Shown: one piece after another, positions 45,816 through 56,656 of the stretch
Numbering within the stretch: the first letter of the stretch is position 1
How the letters are laid out: each line of letters begins with the position of its first letter
Origin: a virus
Reading direction: 5' to 3' (one strand)
IMG/VR virus record: IMGVR_UViG_3300034073_002131
Location: 1 to 64,000 of that record
Length of the DNA: 64,000 nt
Translations under genes and position numbers: made by a program
The notes under the pieces: generated by a model
What the model was told of the DNA's origin: nothing
Seen by the model: only the letters and a program-made list of their open reading frames with translations
The model's database searches: none

Positions 45816-46519
45816 TATCTTCCGTACCTTTTTGCGTGTGCTGTTTGATATTGCTGATTAACTTCAGCAGCCGAGTGTGCAGTATTGTAAACCTGCATGG
45901 CACCAAAATCACCTAACCAGTATCCCCATCCCCAAAAAACTCCAATACTGCCCATATTGCCACCACCTAGATAACGCGGCGAAGACACATTCAATACATA
46001 ATCTTGCACGCCATTTACGTACATAATCATGTTTGTGGAACTTGTTCTTATAAAAGCAAGATGTACCCAATTGCCTGTGTTGACTGATACTCCAGTACTG
46101 GTATAATAATTCCATTGACCATCATATTGAAGATAGTATAGTTTTCCGTCATTTAGTCCGTAGCCTACGTTAACAGGGCCCCCACTCCAATGCGAAAATA
46201 ATCCTCTCTGGCCGGTGGCAGTTGTTCGTACAGAAAAATATACTGTGCAGGCAGTTGGCAGTGTAAAATCGCTATGAGCAATATAATCATTTGATCCGTC
46301 AAATGATAGATATTTGATATTGTTAATATTATTGAACGTAGGACCGTTAAAAAGCGTTCCTACTCTAGTGCCTTGTAAATCGTTTAGCGTAGTTCCTGAG
46401 TATGACAATGTTCTATTAAGATCTACTGCAAAATCTAAATTTGCAGATATAAGGCCTGCCCTAGAATTTTCTTTTGACAAATCAATCCATGTATTTGAGA
46501 CTCCGTAGTTAATTGACAT
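45815..46519 (-). CDS. LamG/concanavalin-A-like virion protein
   Basis: FDGSNDY, W.HL, YVNG, YN.A.SA.EV. Confidence 0.8.
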   Translation of the reverse strand: MSINYGVSNTWIDLSKENSRAGLISANLDFAVDLNRTLSYSGTTLNDLQGTRVGTLFNGPTFNNINNIKYLSFDGSNDYIAHSDFTLPTACTVYFSVRTTATGQRGLFSHWSGGPVNVGYGLNDGKLYYLQYDGQWNYYTSTGVSVNTGNWVHLAFIRTSSTNMIMYVNGVQDYVLNVSSPRYLGGGNMGSIGVFWGWGYWLGDFGAMQVYNTAHSAAEVNQQYQTAHAKRYGR

Positions 46520-49500
46520 TTAATCAATCTCCACTTCCAGTTTGTCAACGTCTTTACGTTCACCATATACTGTATAAAAGCAGCTAACAGGTTTACCGGT
46601 TTCGTTCACAATATATACACAATTGTTTTCAACACGTTCAACGTATAATTGTTGTCCAGCACTAGCAGCAGTTAAGTTAACTGTAATACTATCAGCATGT
46701 ACTAAACCAGTCCAGTAATCTGGTAGTTGGATAGAGCCTGTACCCTGCAACCTACCACGAACATATACACCATTTTCTGGACCTTCCAAGCTGCCGTAAC
46801 GTAATTTTTTACCCGGTTTAGTTGGGTGATCAATAAGGAACGACTTGGTAGTTGCACTAAGTGTACCATTAATAGTTACATTACCATTAATTGTTCCACC
46901 ACTTAGAGGTAATGCATAATTTGTGTAGTTTCCGTCGTGTATTATAGTTCGCCAACTTTGATTAGTTCCTCCAGTTTTTCTACGAAATTGAAATGTATCA
47001 CTAAAAAAACTTAAGGCTAAAGTTGCTGAGTAGTAGGTAGCTGCATCTCCATGAGACATACGAATAGCATAGTGCCACTCAGTACTAGGATTAAGAGTAT
47101 TATCTCCAACTAATTGCCAATATTGAAGTGCATTAGATTTGGAACCAGTATCACTACCTAACTGCCACGAATTACTAGCATTTGAAGCAGTAGCAGCATT
47201 ACCAGTTATACTTATACCCCAAGTACCCGACGCTCCGCCGCCTGTTAGGGTTGGTGAATAGCTGTTGTAATTTTGATCTGTTAAAGTTCTATTCCAAGTT
47301 TGCCAGCTGTCATTTCCATTCCAACCACCACGAAAACATAAGTCATTACCAGCATGACTTATGTACATTTGAGCTCTGCCGGCTGTTCCAACACCTGGGT
47401 CAAATGTTAGTATAGTTCCATATGCATAACCATAACTAGGTGGTTTATTTGCACTATTTTGTATATAGGCATAATACATTGAATTATATTCTAATGTATT
47501 AAAATCCATAGCATCATTACCGCCAAGAGCGCGCAAGTGTGCATTAAAACTAGTGTAGTTTCCTGCGGCAAGTAACTTGCCAGTTTGACTTCTAGTAGTC
47601 CATGGATTTACATATAGTTCACCATCGTTTTCATACAGTAGTGTTGCACTGTATCCTCCTCGATGAAAGGATATACCTGGAGCAGTATTATCCTCAGTAT
47701 AAACTTCAAGATTTGAGCCTGTATATGCTGTGGTCCGGCCATTACGTCTAAATTGTGTGCGTGAGTAAAAAGTACTGTCTGCATTATTACCATAGGCTAC
47801 TACAACAGCACCCCAAGTAGATAGTCCACGGCTAGGAGTATTTGGTAATCCTCCACCCCAACCTGACGGATAGCCAATATCAACATTTGAAAATAGATGA
47901 ATGCCTTGATTATCGGAACCACCAGTTAGTTGTCCTCGAACACCTTTAACTTGTATAGACTCATCAGCAGTAAAATAAGTTAAACCTGTTACGGTTCCGC
48001 CTGTTAGTGGTAGAGCATAGCTTGAATAATTAGCGCTATGTAAAATAGTTCCTGGTAGACCAAACAGGTTATCCCAGTGAGTATAATCATTGGTACTAAA
48101 ATTTTGATCTTCTTCAGCAGTCCAGCCCAAGCCCATTAGGTGTATACGACCTTTTCGTTGGTGAAATCTAAGGTGAGTATATAGTTCAAGACTGCTTACT
48201 TTATCTACGCGAACACCATCATGAGTGTTGCCAGTAGACTGATTACTAGCATTTTGGAAGCAGTTAATACGAGCTAAAAACTTGTATTCACCCGTACTGC
48301 GCTTACCGTATACATCAAAATATCCGCCACTATCCCATGCTAGGTGATTTATATAACAGGTTTTTGCTCCATGCGGTACTAGGTAATCAATATACTCTGC
48401 ACCACCAGAACTACCTGTACTACCACTAGTACTACTGTATACATATCCCACGTCGCCAATATGAAATCCAGCACCGCTCCACTCTGTGCTAGCACTGGCT
48501 AATGTAAATCCATTTTGAGCTGTGTACTCACTAGCAACATTTGTAGTAGCTAACCAAGGGCGAAAGAATCTGGTGCGCTCAGCCTCAAAATTTCTAGTTA
48601 TTTCACTAACATTTAGTGCCTTGTTGTAAACTCGGGCAATGGCAATATAACCATTCCAAGTTTCGCCACCACCATCACCACCAATCCATAACTTATTTAA
48701 ATTAGTAAACTGAGCTGCAGCATAAGATCCCTGACCCTCTAATTGACCATTAATATAGTGATAGGTACTTCCAGCACTAAATACCCAGACCAAATGATAC
48801 CAACGACCAGTAGCTAAAACAGGTCCTGATCCGTAGTCTGGATAGGAAACCATTGTTCCGCCATTAGTACCTAAAAGAGGTCTTTCACTACCATTATCAA
48901 ATATAGTATCGTAGTTACTAAACCCATCTGCCCATGCCCAAGCTTCATAGGTCATGGTAGTGCCTAGTACAATTCCATCAACTATTAGGTAACCGCCGGT
49001 TCCATTATTGTAGGTAGCACCAATACCTTCTTTAGTAGTAATACTAATATTTGAATTTGTTATGGTATAGTCTGTACCACTCAGGTTTTTAAGTGGTATG
49101 CTGCAATTTTTATTATTAAAGTCTAGGTATAGGATTAGGCTTTCGGTTGTTATACCTGCACCACTTGTGGTGGTTCTGCCTATTTGCAGATATTTAGGGT
49201 CGGTATAGGTAGTGTAATTTCCAGCGTGTAAGATTGGATTAGTTCTGTATTTAAAATCTGCATCTGCACTACTGTTAAATACAATACCGTTTAGAGCCTG
49301 AGTAGAACCAATACTAATTTCGTTACCGTTTTTACCAAGGATCCAGACACCACCAGTATCTCTAATAGTATTTACTTGCAGATCGCCGGTTAAAGTTCCG
49401 CCAGTTAGTGGTAATGCATAACTACTATAGTTACTACTATTAAGTACGGCATTGCCTTCCCAAGTTAACCCACTTGCACCACCATCTAGATCTACTGCAA

Positions 49501-50644
49501 GACGTACGGTACCACCACCAATAAATCTAACTTGATTGCTATCACCATCCCAACGAATACCCCAAGCATTAGCTACTGTTGCATGTGAAGGATAGTAGTC
49601 ACGAGAAATGCCCCAGATATCAAAATTTCCATCGCCAGTATCTAGTCCCAGTATTCCGCCTGGAAACTGTGGACGAGTGTCTATACTATTCTGAAAAGTT
49701 GCTCGTCCATAAAAAGTAGTACTACCACCACCATACCCAATACCTATAGAACCAGCATGAGCATATTGTAACCATAGAGTATCACTGCTTGTTTTTGTTT
49801 GTAGAGTATTGTAATACCCATTATACCCTACTTCAAGATTACCAAATACTCCCCCTACAGTATTATTTGCAGCAACTATAGCACCAGTAATGGTACCGCC
49901 AGTTAGTGGTAAGGCATAACTATTATAATTATTGGAATGTAGTATGTCATAAGTACCTACATTATTTATCCACTTTAGGGCTCTACCACGAAAATAATAG
50001 TTTCCAGTATCAGTAGGCTCGCCCCAAAATACGTCTTTGGCAGTTTGATAGTTATAAACACCGGAAATACTAGCGTGTTGTGATTTATGTACAATACGCC
50101 AAAATCCAGATGTAGGATCTATAGTATAAGTCGGTGTGGTAATATTAGTCCAGTCACCACTACCGCCAGCATAAGCTGAAGAAAATACTGCAGTACCTGT
50201 TAGAGTTCCACCAGCCAGCGGCAAGTAATTAGCTAGAGCAGCTGAGCTTACATAGGTATTAGTATCTACCTCATAGGTATCGGCCCCAGTTTTCTTAATA
50301 AAACCACTACCTGCACCTGTCATTACACCAGCCAGTGCTGTCAGTGCAGGGCCTACATTAACCTGATAAGTAGTATCAGTTGCAGTATTAGCACTAAATC
50401 CTGTGCCTGTACCAATGGAAACACTAGTATTGGTTAGACCTGCTTGGGCTTGCAGGGTTAAGGTGCCGTTGCTAGGTGCGGCACCAGCACCTATAGATGC
50501 AATTGTATTATCAGATTTTTTGTAGTAGAGTGTACCAACTGCATAGTTAATAGCAAGTTCGCCATATTCAAGATCGCCCACCGCAGGTTGCTTTGGTACA
50601 CCATCTTCTACAACTGATGATTTTTTAAGTATTAATCTAGCCAT
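46520..50644 (-). CDS. Long modular tail fibre
   Basis: Mtd/hyaluronidase-like N-terminal anchor (L..GELAIN...G.LYYK), repeated NY.SYALPL.GGT joints, LamG insert, C-terminal KSF.IDHP...L....EGPE..VY.RG chaperone-like domain. Confidence 0.85.
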   Translation of the reverse strand: MARLILKKSSVVEDGVPKQPAVGDLEYGELAINYAVGTLYYKKSDNTIASIGAGAAPSNGTLTLQAQAGLTNTSVSIGTGTGFSANTATDTTYQVNVGPALTALAGVMTGAGSGFIKKTGADTYEVDTNTYVSSAALANYLPLAGGTLTGTAVFSSAYAGGSGDWTNITTPTYTIDPTSGFWRIVHKSQHASISGVYNYQTAKDVFWGEPTDTGNYYFRGRALKWINNVGTYDILHSNNYNSYALPLTGGTITGAIVAANNTVGGVFGNLEVGYNGYYNTLQTKTSSDTLWLQYAHAGSIGIGYGGGSTTFYGRATFQNSIDTRPQFPGGILGLDTGDGNFDIWGISRDYYPSHATVANAWGIRWDGDSNQVRFIGGGTVRLAVDLDGGASGLTWEGNAVLNSSNYSSYALPLTGGTLTGDLQVNTIRDTGGVWILGKNGNEISIGSTQALNGIVFNSSADADFKYRTNPILHAGNYTTYTDPKYLQIGRTTTSGAGITTESLILYLDFNNKNCSIPLKNLSGTDYTITNSNISITTKEGIGATYNNGTGGYLIVDGIVLGTTMTYEAWAWADGFSNYDTIFDNGSERPLLGTNGGTMVSYPDYGSGPVLATGRWYHLVWVFSAGSTYHYINGQLEGQGSYAAAQFTNLNKLWIGGDGGGETWNGYIAIARVYNKALNVSEITRNFEAERTRFFRPWLATTNVASEYTAQNGFTLASASTEWSGAGFHIGDVGYVYSSTSGSTGSSGGAEYIDYLVPHGAKTCYINHLAWDSGGYFDVYGKRSTGEYKFLARINCFQNASNQSTGNTHDGVRVDKVSSLELYTHLRFHQRKGRIHLMGLGWTAEEDQNFSTNDYTHWDNLFGLPGTILHSANYSSYALPLTGGTVTGLTYFTADESIQVKGVRGQLTGGSDNQGIHLFSNVDIGYPSGWGGGLPNTPSRGLSTWGAVVVAYGNNADSTFYSRTQFRRNGRTTAYTGSNLEVYTEDNTAPGISFHRGGYSATLLYENDGELYVNPWTTRSQTGKLLAAGNYTSFNAHLRALGGNDAMDFNTLEYNSMYYAYIQNSANKPPSYGYAYGTILTFDPGVGTAGRAQMYISHAGNDLCFRGGWNGNDSWQTWNRTLTDQNYNSYSPTLTGGGASGTWGISITGNAATASNASNSWQLGSDTGSKSNALQYWQLVGDNTLNPSTEWHYAIRMSHGDAATYYSATLALSFFSDTFQFRRKTGGTNQSWRTIIHDGNYTNYALPLSGGTINGNVTINGTLSATTKSFLIDHPTKPGKKLRYGSLEGPENGVYVRGRLQGTGSIQLPDYWTGLVHADSITVNLTAASAGQQLYVERVENNCVYIVNETGKPVSCFYTVYGERKDVDKLEVEID

Positions 50645-50691
50645 AGTGTTTCCTAACAAGGATTTGTACTAGTAGTTAAAAAACTACTGTT

Positions 50692-52113
50692 TTAATAACT
50701 TCCGCCTTCAATAACTGCTATACTTACGAATCCACTTGTAACTGTAAACTCTGCACTATTAAATTTTGCTAATCCAAGTGTAGCTGCACCACTAGTAGCG
50801 GCCGCAGTTGCAGTAGGAATTGCTGTTGTAGTTACTGCAGTTACTAAGCCCTTGGCATTAACAGTTACTGTGGGTACATTGTAGCCATCACCAAATCCAC
50901 CAACATTTGAATTAACAGTGGCTAGGGTAATTGCAGCACTTACTGCAGCACTACCATCTACACCCACTAGAGTAGCTGTAGCATCACCAGTTAAGCTTAG
51001 GTCGCGAGCTGTTTGCCATTTAGTAGTTGTAGCACTGTTACCAATAACTTCTGTAACTACTAAGTTCTTATTTAAGTTCCAGCGATCATCAGCACTAGTA
51101 TAGGTAAAGGTTGCACCAGCACCTGTTACACTTAATCCAGCTCCATTAGCTTGAGCAGCAGTTGTAGCATCTTTGGCTAGTTCAATGTTAATATCACTAA
51201 TTGCAACTGCTGTGCTATTTACAGTGGTAGTTGTACCCTGAACAGTAAGGTTGCCAGTAATAGTTGCATTACCAGCTACACTAATATTAGCAGCTGTAAT
51301 ATCATCACTGCTTAGTGTACCATTTACTGTAACATTATTAAATGTTACATTATCTGTAGTACCAACAGCTTGACCAATACTAATAGTTACTGTATTATTA
51401 GTAACTGCTGTGGTGACTCCTGTACCGCCTGTAAATGTTAGGGTATCAGTTAGTAAGGCAACTGCATCAGTACCGGTGCCACCAGCAATATTTAGGTTAG
51501 TAGCAATATTTTGTGTACTAGCACTGGTAATTTGACCTTGTGCATTAACGGTAAGTACTGGTATTGCTGTAGTTGAACCATAGCTTCCAGCTGTTACACC
51601 AGTATCCGTAATACTAATTGTACTAGTATTACCCGGATCACTATTAGTTACAGTAATGCCAGTACCAGCAGTAATTGCTCCACCTACTGTATCATAAATA
51701 TATTCAGCAAGGCTGGTGCTAGCATCAGTATAAATATTTTTAATTATAGTAATGCCACTACCGTCAGGGGTAATATTTATATTACCATTACTATCAGTAC
51801 TAGTAATACTATTACCATCAATAGTAATATTATCTACTAAGAGCTCATTGATCTTTTTATTTGCATCAACAATAATGGCTGAACTAGCAGTTAGTGTGCC
51901 GCGTGTATGGTCTAGTAGATCGGTAAAGTATTTACCACCGATTACTACGTGATTAGCAGCGTTACCGTTAGTTTCGGTACCCATACCAATGTATAGACGA
52001 TCACCACCATTTGAATCATTGTTAATTAGGCCAGAGTAGGCCATTTCGCCTGCAGCTAGAACACTTGGATTTCCAGCTACCTCTGAACGTTTAATTCTAA
52101 TAATAGAAGCCAT
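50692..52113 (-). CDS. Tail fibre / fibre-anchor protein
   Basis: IRIKRS...P..L..GE.AY N-terminus, GVTAGSYG and GNLTV.GTTTTVNS fibre repeats. Confidence 0.8.
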   Translation of the reverse strand: MASIIRIKRSEVAGNPSVLAAGEMAYSGLINNDSNGGDRLYIGMGTETNGNAANHVVIGGKYFTDLLDHTRGTLTASSAIIVDANKKINELLVDNITIDGNSITSTDSNGNINITPDGSGITIIKNIYTDASTSLAEYIYDTVGGAITAGTGITVTNSDPGNTSTISITDTGVTAGSYGSTTAIPVLTVNAQGQITSASTQNIATNLNIAGGTGTDAVALLTDTLTFTGGTGVTTAVTNNTVTISIGQAVGTTDNVTFNNVTVNGTLSSDDITAANISVAGNATITGNLTVQGTTTTVNSTAVAISDINIELAKDATTAAQANGAGLSVTGAGATFTYTSADDRWNLNKNLVVTEVIGNSATTTKWQTARDLSLTGDATATLVGVDGSAAVSAAITLATVNSNVGGFGDGYNVPTVTVNAKGLVTAVTTTAIPTATAAATSGAATLGLAKFNSAEFTVTSGFVSIAVIEGGSY

Positions 52114-52124
52114 ATTTATTCCCT

Positions 52125-52361
52125 TTAATATTGTCCGGAATCAACTGTTTGTTGATTCAGTAAGGTAGTTGAAATCCATGTTTGTGTTTGGGTATTGTAT
52201 ACCAATATACTTCCTGGATTTAAATTAGTAGTATTTACATCTGATAGTCCTGATAAACTACTAGGCCCTGGTGGTCCCATAATTCCAGTGTATATTACTT
52301 GAGGCTGATTAGTTTGTACTACAACCGTATTATTTTTATCAATAACTACAGCATTAGTCAT
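52125..52361 (-). CDS. Small virion protein
   Basis: GPPG, L..LSDV, G..LVYN....W motifs. Confidence 0.65.
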   Translation of the reverse strand: MTNAVVIDKNNTVVVQTNQPQVIYTGIMGPPGPSSLSGLSDVNTTNLNPGSILVYNTQTQTWISTTLLNQQTVDSGQY

Positions 52362-52957
52362 CTTGTTACCTCCTTAACTAGTACTAAGTTACCTGTTAAG
52401 AAAGGTACTACTTTACCCTGTGCATCAAATAATTCTATAGAGTAAACTGCTGTTTCAAAACTAAAATTTTGAGTAACAATTGCAGGAATTGTAAGAGTTA
52501 TAATTTTTAGTGTATTATCGAACGTAAACTGTCCTGCTACACTAGTAGCTTCATATATTACTGTAGAACTCTCAACAGTTTCACGAATCTGCATTCTAGC
52601 ATTATAGCCAGTAAACTCAACAGGTTGATTATACTCTACCACACCACCACTAGTATACTGAGTGTAGTTTAAACTATTTACCTGATTTAGGGTAATTTCA
52701 TTACCAGCAGTACCAGTAGCTATATAATAGGCATCTTCGTTAGTAGTATTAATCTCTTTCATTCCTGCAGCCCCTACCACACGAAATCTCCAGCCTAGGG
52801 GGAGGCCGGAAGCTGTAGTTGTAGTTATTACACAAGGAGCTGCTCGAGAAATCTGTGAAATGGGTGTATAAACTTTTGTTTGTGATTCCCATCTATAAGT
52901 TTCTTGAAAAGTTGCTCCCTGATATACTTTATAATTAATTTTAGCTGGTTGTTGCAT
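52358..52957 (-). CDS. Tail/baseplate adaptor-like protein
   Basis: QGATF...Y.ARMQIR...Y..E.......L.G......EVTR pattern with inserted domain. Confidence 0.65.
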   Translation of the reverse strand: MQQPAKINYKVYQGATFQETYRWESQTKVYTPISQISRAAPCVITTTTASGLPLGWRFRVVGAAGMKEINTTNEDAYYIATGTAGNEITLNQVNSLNYTQYTSGGVVEYNQPVEFTGYNARMQIRETVESSTVIYEATSVAGQFTFDNTLKIITLTIPAIVTQNFSFETAVYSIELFDAQGKVVPFLTGNLVLVKEVTR

Positions 52958-53294
52958 CTACATATGCTCCTTGTTTTGCTAGTCGTTTAAATATACCGAC
53001 TTCATTAGTTAGTGCAACTACCTCAACCTGTAAGCGTTGGTTTTCTAAGGTAAGCTTTTCTAACTCCTTGTTCAGGGCTATAATTTGCTCGTGTAGTCTA
53101 CCAAGCTCTAGACTTAGTTTAGTATTCTGCTCACCCATTCGCTCCAGTTCTCGGTGCATAATTTGTATAATCCCCGACTCTGCTTGGGTTGCTTTCCAAT
53201 TTTTTATTAGCTGCTGGATGCCAAAAAATGCGGCTACAACGGCTATAGCAATAAGGCCCAAGACTTGAATGACTTGTTCTGATATTTCTAACAT
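52941..53294 (-). CDS. TM plus coiled-coil protein, possible holin
   Basis: N-terminal TM helix, heptad repeats. Confidence 0.6.
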   Translation of the reverse strand: MLEISEQVIQVLGLIAIAVVAAFFGIQQLIKNWKATQAESGIIQIMHRELERMGEQNTKLSLELGRLHEQIIALNKELEKLTLENQRLQVEVVALTNEVGIFKRLAKQGAYVDATTS

Positions 53295-53375
53295 TCTTTA
53301 CCCTTTCTTTCCGTATAGTAGCCCAAAAGGTTTGGCTCCTTGAAAATTTTAGTTTTGAAACGGACATTTTCAACT

Positions 53376-53404
53376 ATTGTAACACAAGAGCATAAAGTTG
53401 TCAA
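53376..53404 (-). promoter_or_regulatory. Sigma70-type promoter for the fibre/lysis operon
   Basis: TTGACA-17 nt-TACAAT on the minus strand. Confidence 0.75.
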
Positions 53405-53407
53405 TGT

Positions 53408-53444
53408 AAAAAAATACCCGACCAGTTTAAGGTCGGGTATTTTT
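53408..53444 (-). terminator. Intrinsic terminator
   Basis: tacccgacc/ggtcgggta stem flanked by A- and T-runs. Confidence 0.8.
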
Positions 53445-53455
53445 ATTAGATTTAA

Positions 53456-56400
53456 TTACAGTAAACTTTCAAGCTCTATACTTACGGTTGCAAAAGCAGG
53501 ATTATCTATACTTATACTATATGTTTTATAAAATCCATATATAGTTAAATTTTGATATTTGCTTTCATCACTCCCTTGCCAAATAGCAGGCTTAGCTCTT
53601 AGTGAGTTTAAAATAGTTTTTACTCTATTTACCTCAGTTATAGGAACTAATAATTGTAAAGTTACTTTATCAGTATAAGGTCGCGTAACAATACTTATAT
53701 TTCCAAATTCATCTATTGTTTTAACACTATAATCTACTATAGATAAATTTACTCCTTTTTGAACATCTCCTATACTAGCTTCTGGATATCCAAAAAAAGT
53801 ATTTGGAATTTTTACAATATCTTTACCAATAAGTCTTATGTGATATATTAGTTTTGAATATTTTGTATAACCTGTAGGTATATCTGTTAAATACGCCAAT
53901 GATGAAGATAGTTTATTTGAATCTTCTATATTTAAAGATACTTTTTTGTAATATATAGGATTTTTTATTACTAAAATATTTCTTATTGGAGCTATTACCT
54001 TATGGTTAATATCTACAATAATATCTTTAAAATAAGCATCTGCTCCAGCAAATTTATTATCTAATACTTCTACAGTTGCATAGGTTGAATAAATACTTTC
54101 TAATCTATAAATAAACGGTGTACTTGTAAAAGATCCTGATCTGTATCCAAAACCACAAATTAACCAATTATTTAAAAATGAATCATATGTAATACCTAAT
54201 GGATAGCCACTATCTAATCCATTATATTGAGTATTAAATAATGTACTAGAAATATTTTCTATATATAAATCACTAGCTCCAGGAAATATACGGTATAGTC
54301 CATTTATTCCTGAAACTAACCATTGTGGATTTTTAGTTGAATTATTAAATTTTACATCATATAAAGCATTATTTTCTGTTAAATTAGCTACAATAGTTAT
54401 CCACCAAGTATCTAAATCATCCGTCCAAATCATAGTTGGACCAGACTCTCCTCCTTGACCAACACAAACTAATACGCCTGTGCTTAAAACACCCTCACCC
54501 CAACTAAGTTGGGTAGCATAATAAGGATTAGTTGTGCTTGGAAGAGTTCGTGAATTTTCCCAAGTATAAGTTATACCATCTATACTTGTTAAAATTTTTC
54601 CAGTATAGTCTATAGCTACAAATTTATTTATATTTCCTGAACAGTACTCTACACAATAAATTCCATTTATTCCACTGGGTAAATTAGCTGCCTGAAAACT
54701 AATACCATCGTCTAAACTATATAAAATTTTTCCGCTTACTGTGACTCCTTGGCCTTGAAAATTATTTGGTCCACAAATTACAAACATATTTTTTAAATAT
54801 TTTGCGGAATATGCAAGAAAAGGAATATTAGGAATAATAGAAGGCTTCCATTCTGTTATACTTAAAGTATTATTTCTATTGTAATATACTAGTGGTGGAT
54901 TAAGTGTTGGCGACGGTATACTATTTAAATTATAGCTTACAGGAGTAGCGATTATAGTTGTACCAGTATTAGGGTTTTGAGCAATTAAATTAAAATCATT
55001 ATTTACTGGATAATTATTTCCGCGAACTTGTTCTCCGTATGGATCTTCTTGGCTGTACAATAATTTAATCTCTTGTATTTGAAAAGATAAATTACCATAA
55101 TAATTTCTAGGATCTTTTGCTTTATAAAATATTACTCGATAGTAATAATAAGAATATATATTATTTAAATCATATATTTCAGTACTTTGTAGTCTAGTAT
55201 CAGGTAAGTTAATTCCTCTATGATCTATTAAGGTCCATTCTTGTCCATTGTCACTACCATATAGTACATAAACTGTAGGGTCTCGCCCAGGCTCATCATT
55301 TCCTGTTACAAATTGTATTTTTTGTACACAACGACGAGTAAACAACTGTATTTGAGCCCACATATAATTAGGACCTTCTGGGGGCATTGCATCCCACCAT
55401 TTAGAAGCTAAATCATTGTCAAATGCTTTTGTTGCACCTTCATCACTATATGGAGTAGTAGGACTATTAGTAGTTACATTACTAATATCTCCATAAGGTA
55501 TTTGAACGTATGTTTGATTTGGTAAATATTGAATATCACTAGCAGGTTTAAATGGGTCAAAATAAGTCCAAAAATTTCTTAAATTTCTATAGGCATCTAC
55601 GCTATCATAATAAAGCTTTATTTCATTAACATCTATTTGACTATTATTTGATAATTTTGTACCAATAAATAGTAGCTTATAATATAAATAAGCATTATCA
55701 TCTAATATAAATTCGTATAGATCGCTTTTTGTTAATCTACTATCTGTAAGTTGTAGGTTTGTAGTTTCATAAACCGCTGTCCAACTATTGTTAGCGCCGG
55801 TATTGCTGCCAAAAATTAATAATTGTACTGGATCATAATTTATATTATCTCCAGTAGTTATTTCTAATCCTTGTATAGCTATAGGTCTATAGAGTTTAAT
55901 AGTTACTTCTGTACTATCATTTAGTTTAGTCCCTCTCCATCCTCTATTTATATCCCCACTAAAGGCATTCCATAGCTCTTCGCCAGACCCGTAATAATTA
56001 GGAGTAGTAAAACTTTCTATATCTAAATAAGGCACTATAGGTACTAAATTTCTTTTATAATCAATAGCTGTAGGATCTGCTGTTATTTCTAATTCAGCTG
56101 AAACTACGTTTTGTAAATCTGTCATAGCTAATGCTGGTATAGTGTCCTTTTCATTTAAAGGAACGGAAGCTTTCCAAGTATATTCATTAGCAAAAGAAAA
56201 ACTAGTACTAGACTGGGAGTCGAACTGTCTGAAAAAATTAGAGTATCCTAAAAATTCCCATTTTGTTGAATTTTGAAGGTCTGCTATATTTAAGGTTTGC
56301 GAAATTAAACTTTTATATAATCTATTATTATACTCAATAACTTCTCCTACATCATATGGACTTGAAACGCTTATTTCATGATCAAATCCACTTATTCCTA

Positions 56401-56638
56401 ATAGCTTCCAGTAAGTTGGAAATTGGTCTGGAATTTTTCCAGTATTAGATGTATTTAAAGGACTTATTGATTGATACCATTTTCCTTGATAACTAACTAT
56501 AGTACCAGGTGCAATACCATAATTAACTTGAGAACTCCATTCAGGATATTGACTTAATGTATAATCATTTATTATATTAGGAATATTTGAGTCTACTATA
56601 TCCAATATAATAGAATTATCTGGGACAAATACTTTCAT
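53456..56638 (-). CDS. Distal-tail-like protein with carbohydrate-binding inserts (paralog 2)
   Basis: C-terminal SI.DYS.K..DEFGN core; CBM5/12-like W....Y..G..V.Y.G..Y repeats; two F5/8-like (AF...W) domains; S.DG..W repeats. Confidence 0.7.
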   Translation of the reverse strand: MKVFVPDNSIILDIVDSNIPNIINDYTLSQYPEWSSQVNYGIAPGTIVSYQGKWYQSISPLNTSNTGKIPDQFPTYWKLLGISGFDHEISVSSPYDVGEVIEYNNRLYKSLISQTLNIADLQNSTKWEFLGYSNFFRQFDSQSSTSFSFANEYTWKASVPLNEKDTIPALAMTDLQNVVSAELEITADPTAIDYKRNLVPIVPYLDIESFTTPNYYGSGEELWNAFSGDINRGWRGTKLNDSTEVTIKLYRPIAIQGLEITTGDNINYDPVQLLIFGSNTGANNSWTAVYETTNLQLTDSRLTKSDLYEFILDDNAYLYYKLLFIGTKLSNNSQIDVNEIKLYYDSVDAYRNLRNFWTYFDPFKPASDIQYLPNQTYVQIPYGDISNVTTNSPTTPYSDEGATKAFDNDLASKWWDAMPPEGPNYMWAQIQLFTRRCVQKIQFVTGNDEPGRDPTVYVLYGSDNGQEWTLIDHRGINLPDTRLQSTEIYDLNNIYSYYYYRVIFYKAKDPRNYYGNLSFQIQEIKLLYSQEDPYGEQVRGNNYPVNNDFNLIAQNPNTGTTIIATPVSYNLNSIPSPTLNPPLVYYNRNNTLSITEWKPSIIPNIPFLAYSAKYLKNMFVICGPNNFQGQGVTVSGKILYSLDDGISFQAANLPSGINGIYCVEYCSGNINKFVAIDYTGKILTSIDGITYTWENSRTLPSTTNPYYATQLSWGEGVLSTGVLVCVGQGGESGPTMIWTDDLDTWWITIVANLTENNALYDVKFNNSTKNPQWLVSGINGLYRIFPGASDLYIENISSTLFNTQYNGLDSGYPLGITYDSFLNNWLICGFGYRSGSFTSTPFIYRLESIYSTYATVEVLDNKFAGADAYFKDIIVDINHKVIAPIRNILVIKNPIYYKKVSLNIEDSNKLSSSLAYLTDIPTGYTKYSKLIYHIRLIGKDIVKIPNTFFGYPEASIGDVQKGVNLSIVDYSVKTIDEFGNISIVTRPYTDKVTLQLLVPITEVNRVKTILNSLRAKPAIWQGSDESKYQNLTIYGFYKTYSISIDNPAFATVSIELESLL

Positions 56639-56656
56639 AGTATAGTTACGCCTGGG

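Noticed and set aside
40638-50644. Diversity-generating retroelement or shufflon acting on fibres
   Set aside because: No reverse transcriptase, invertase, adenine-specific TR/VR pair or inverted cassettes in the window.
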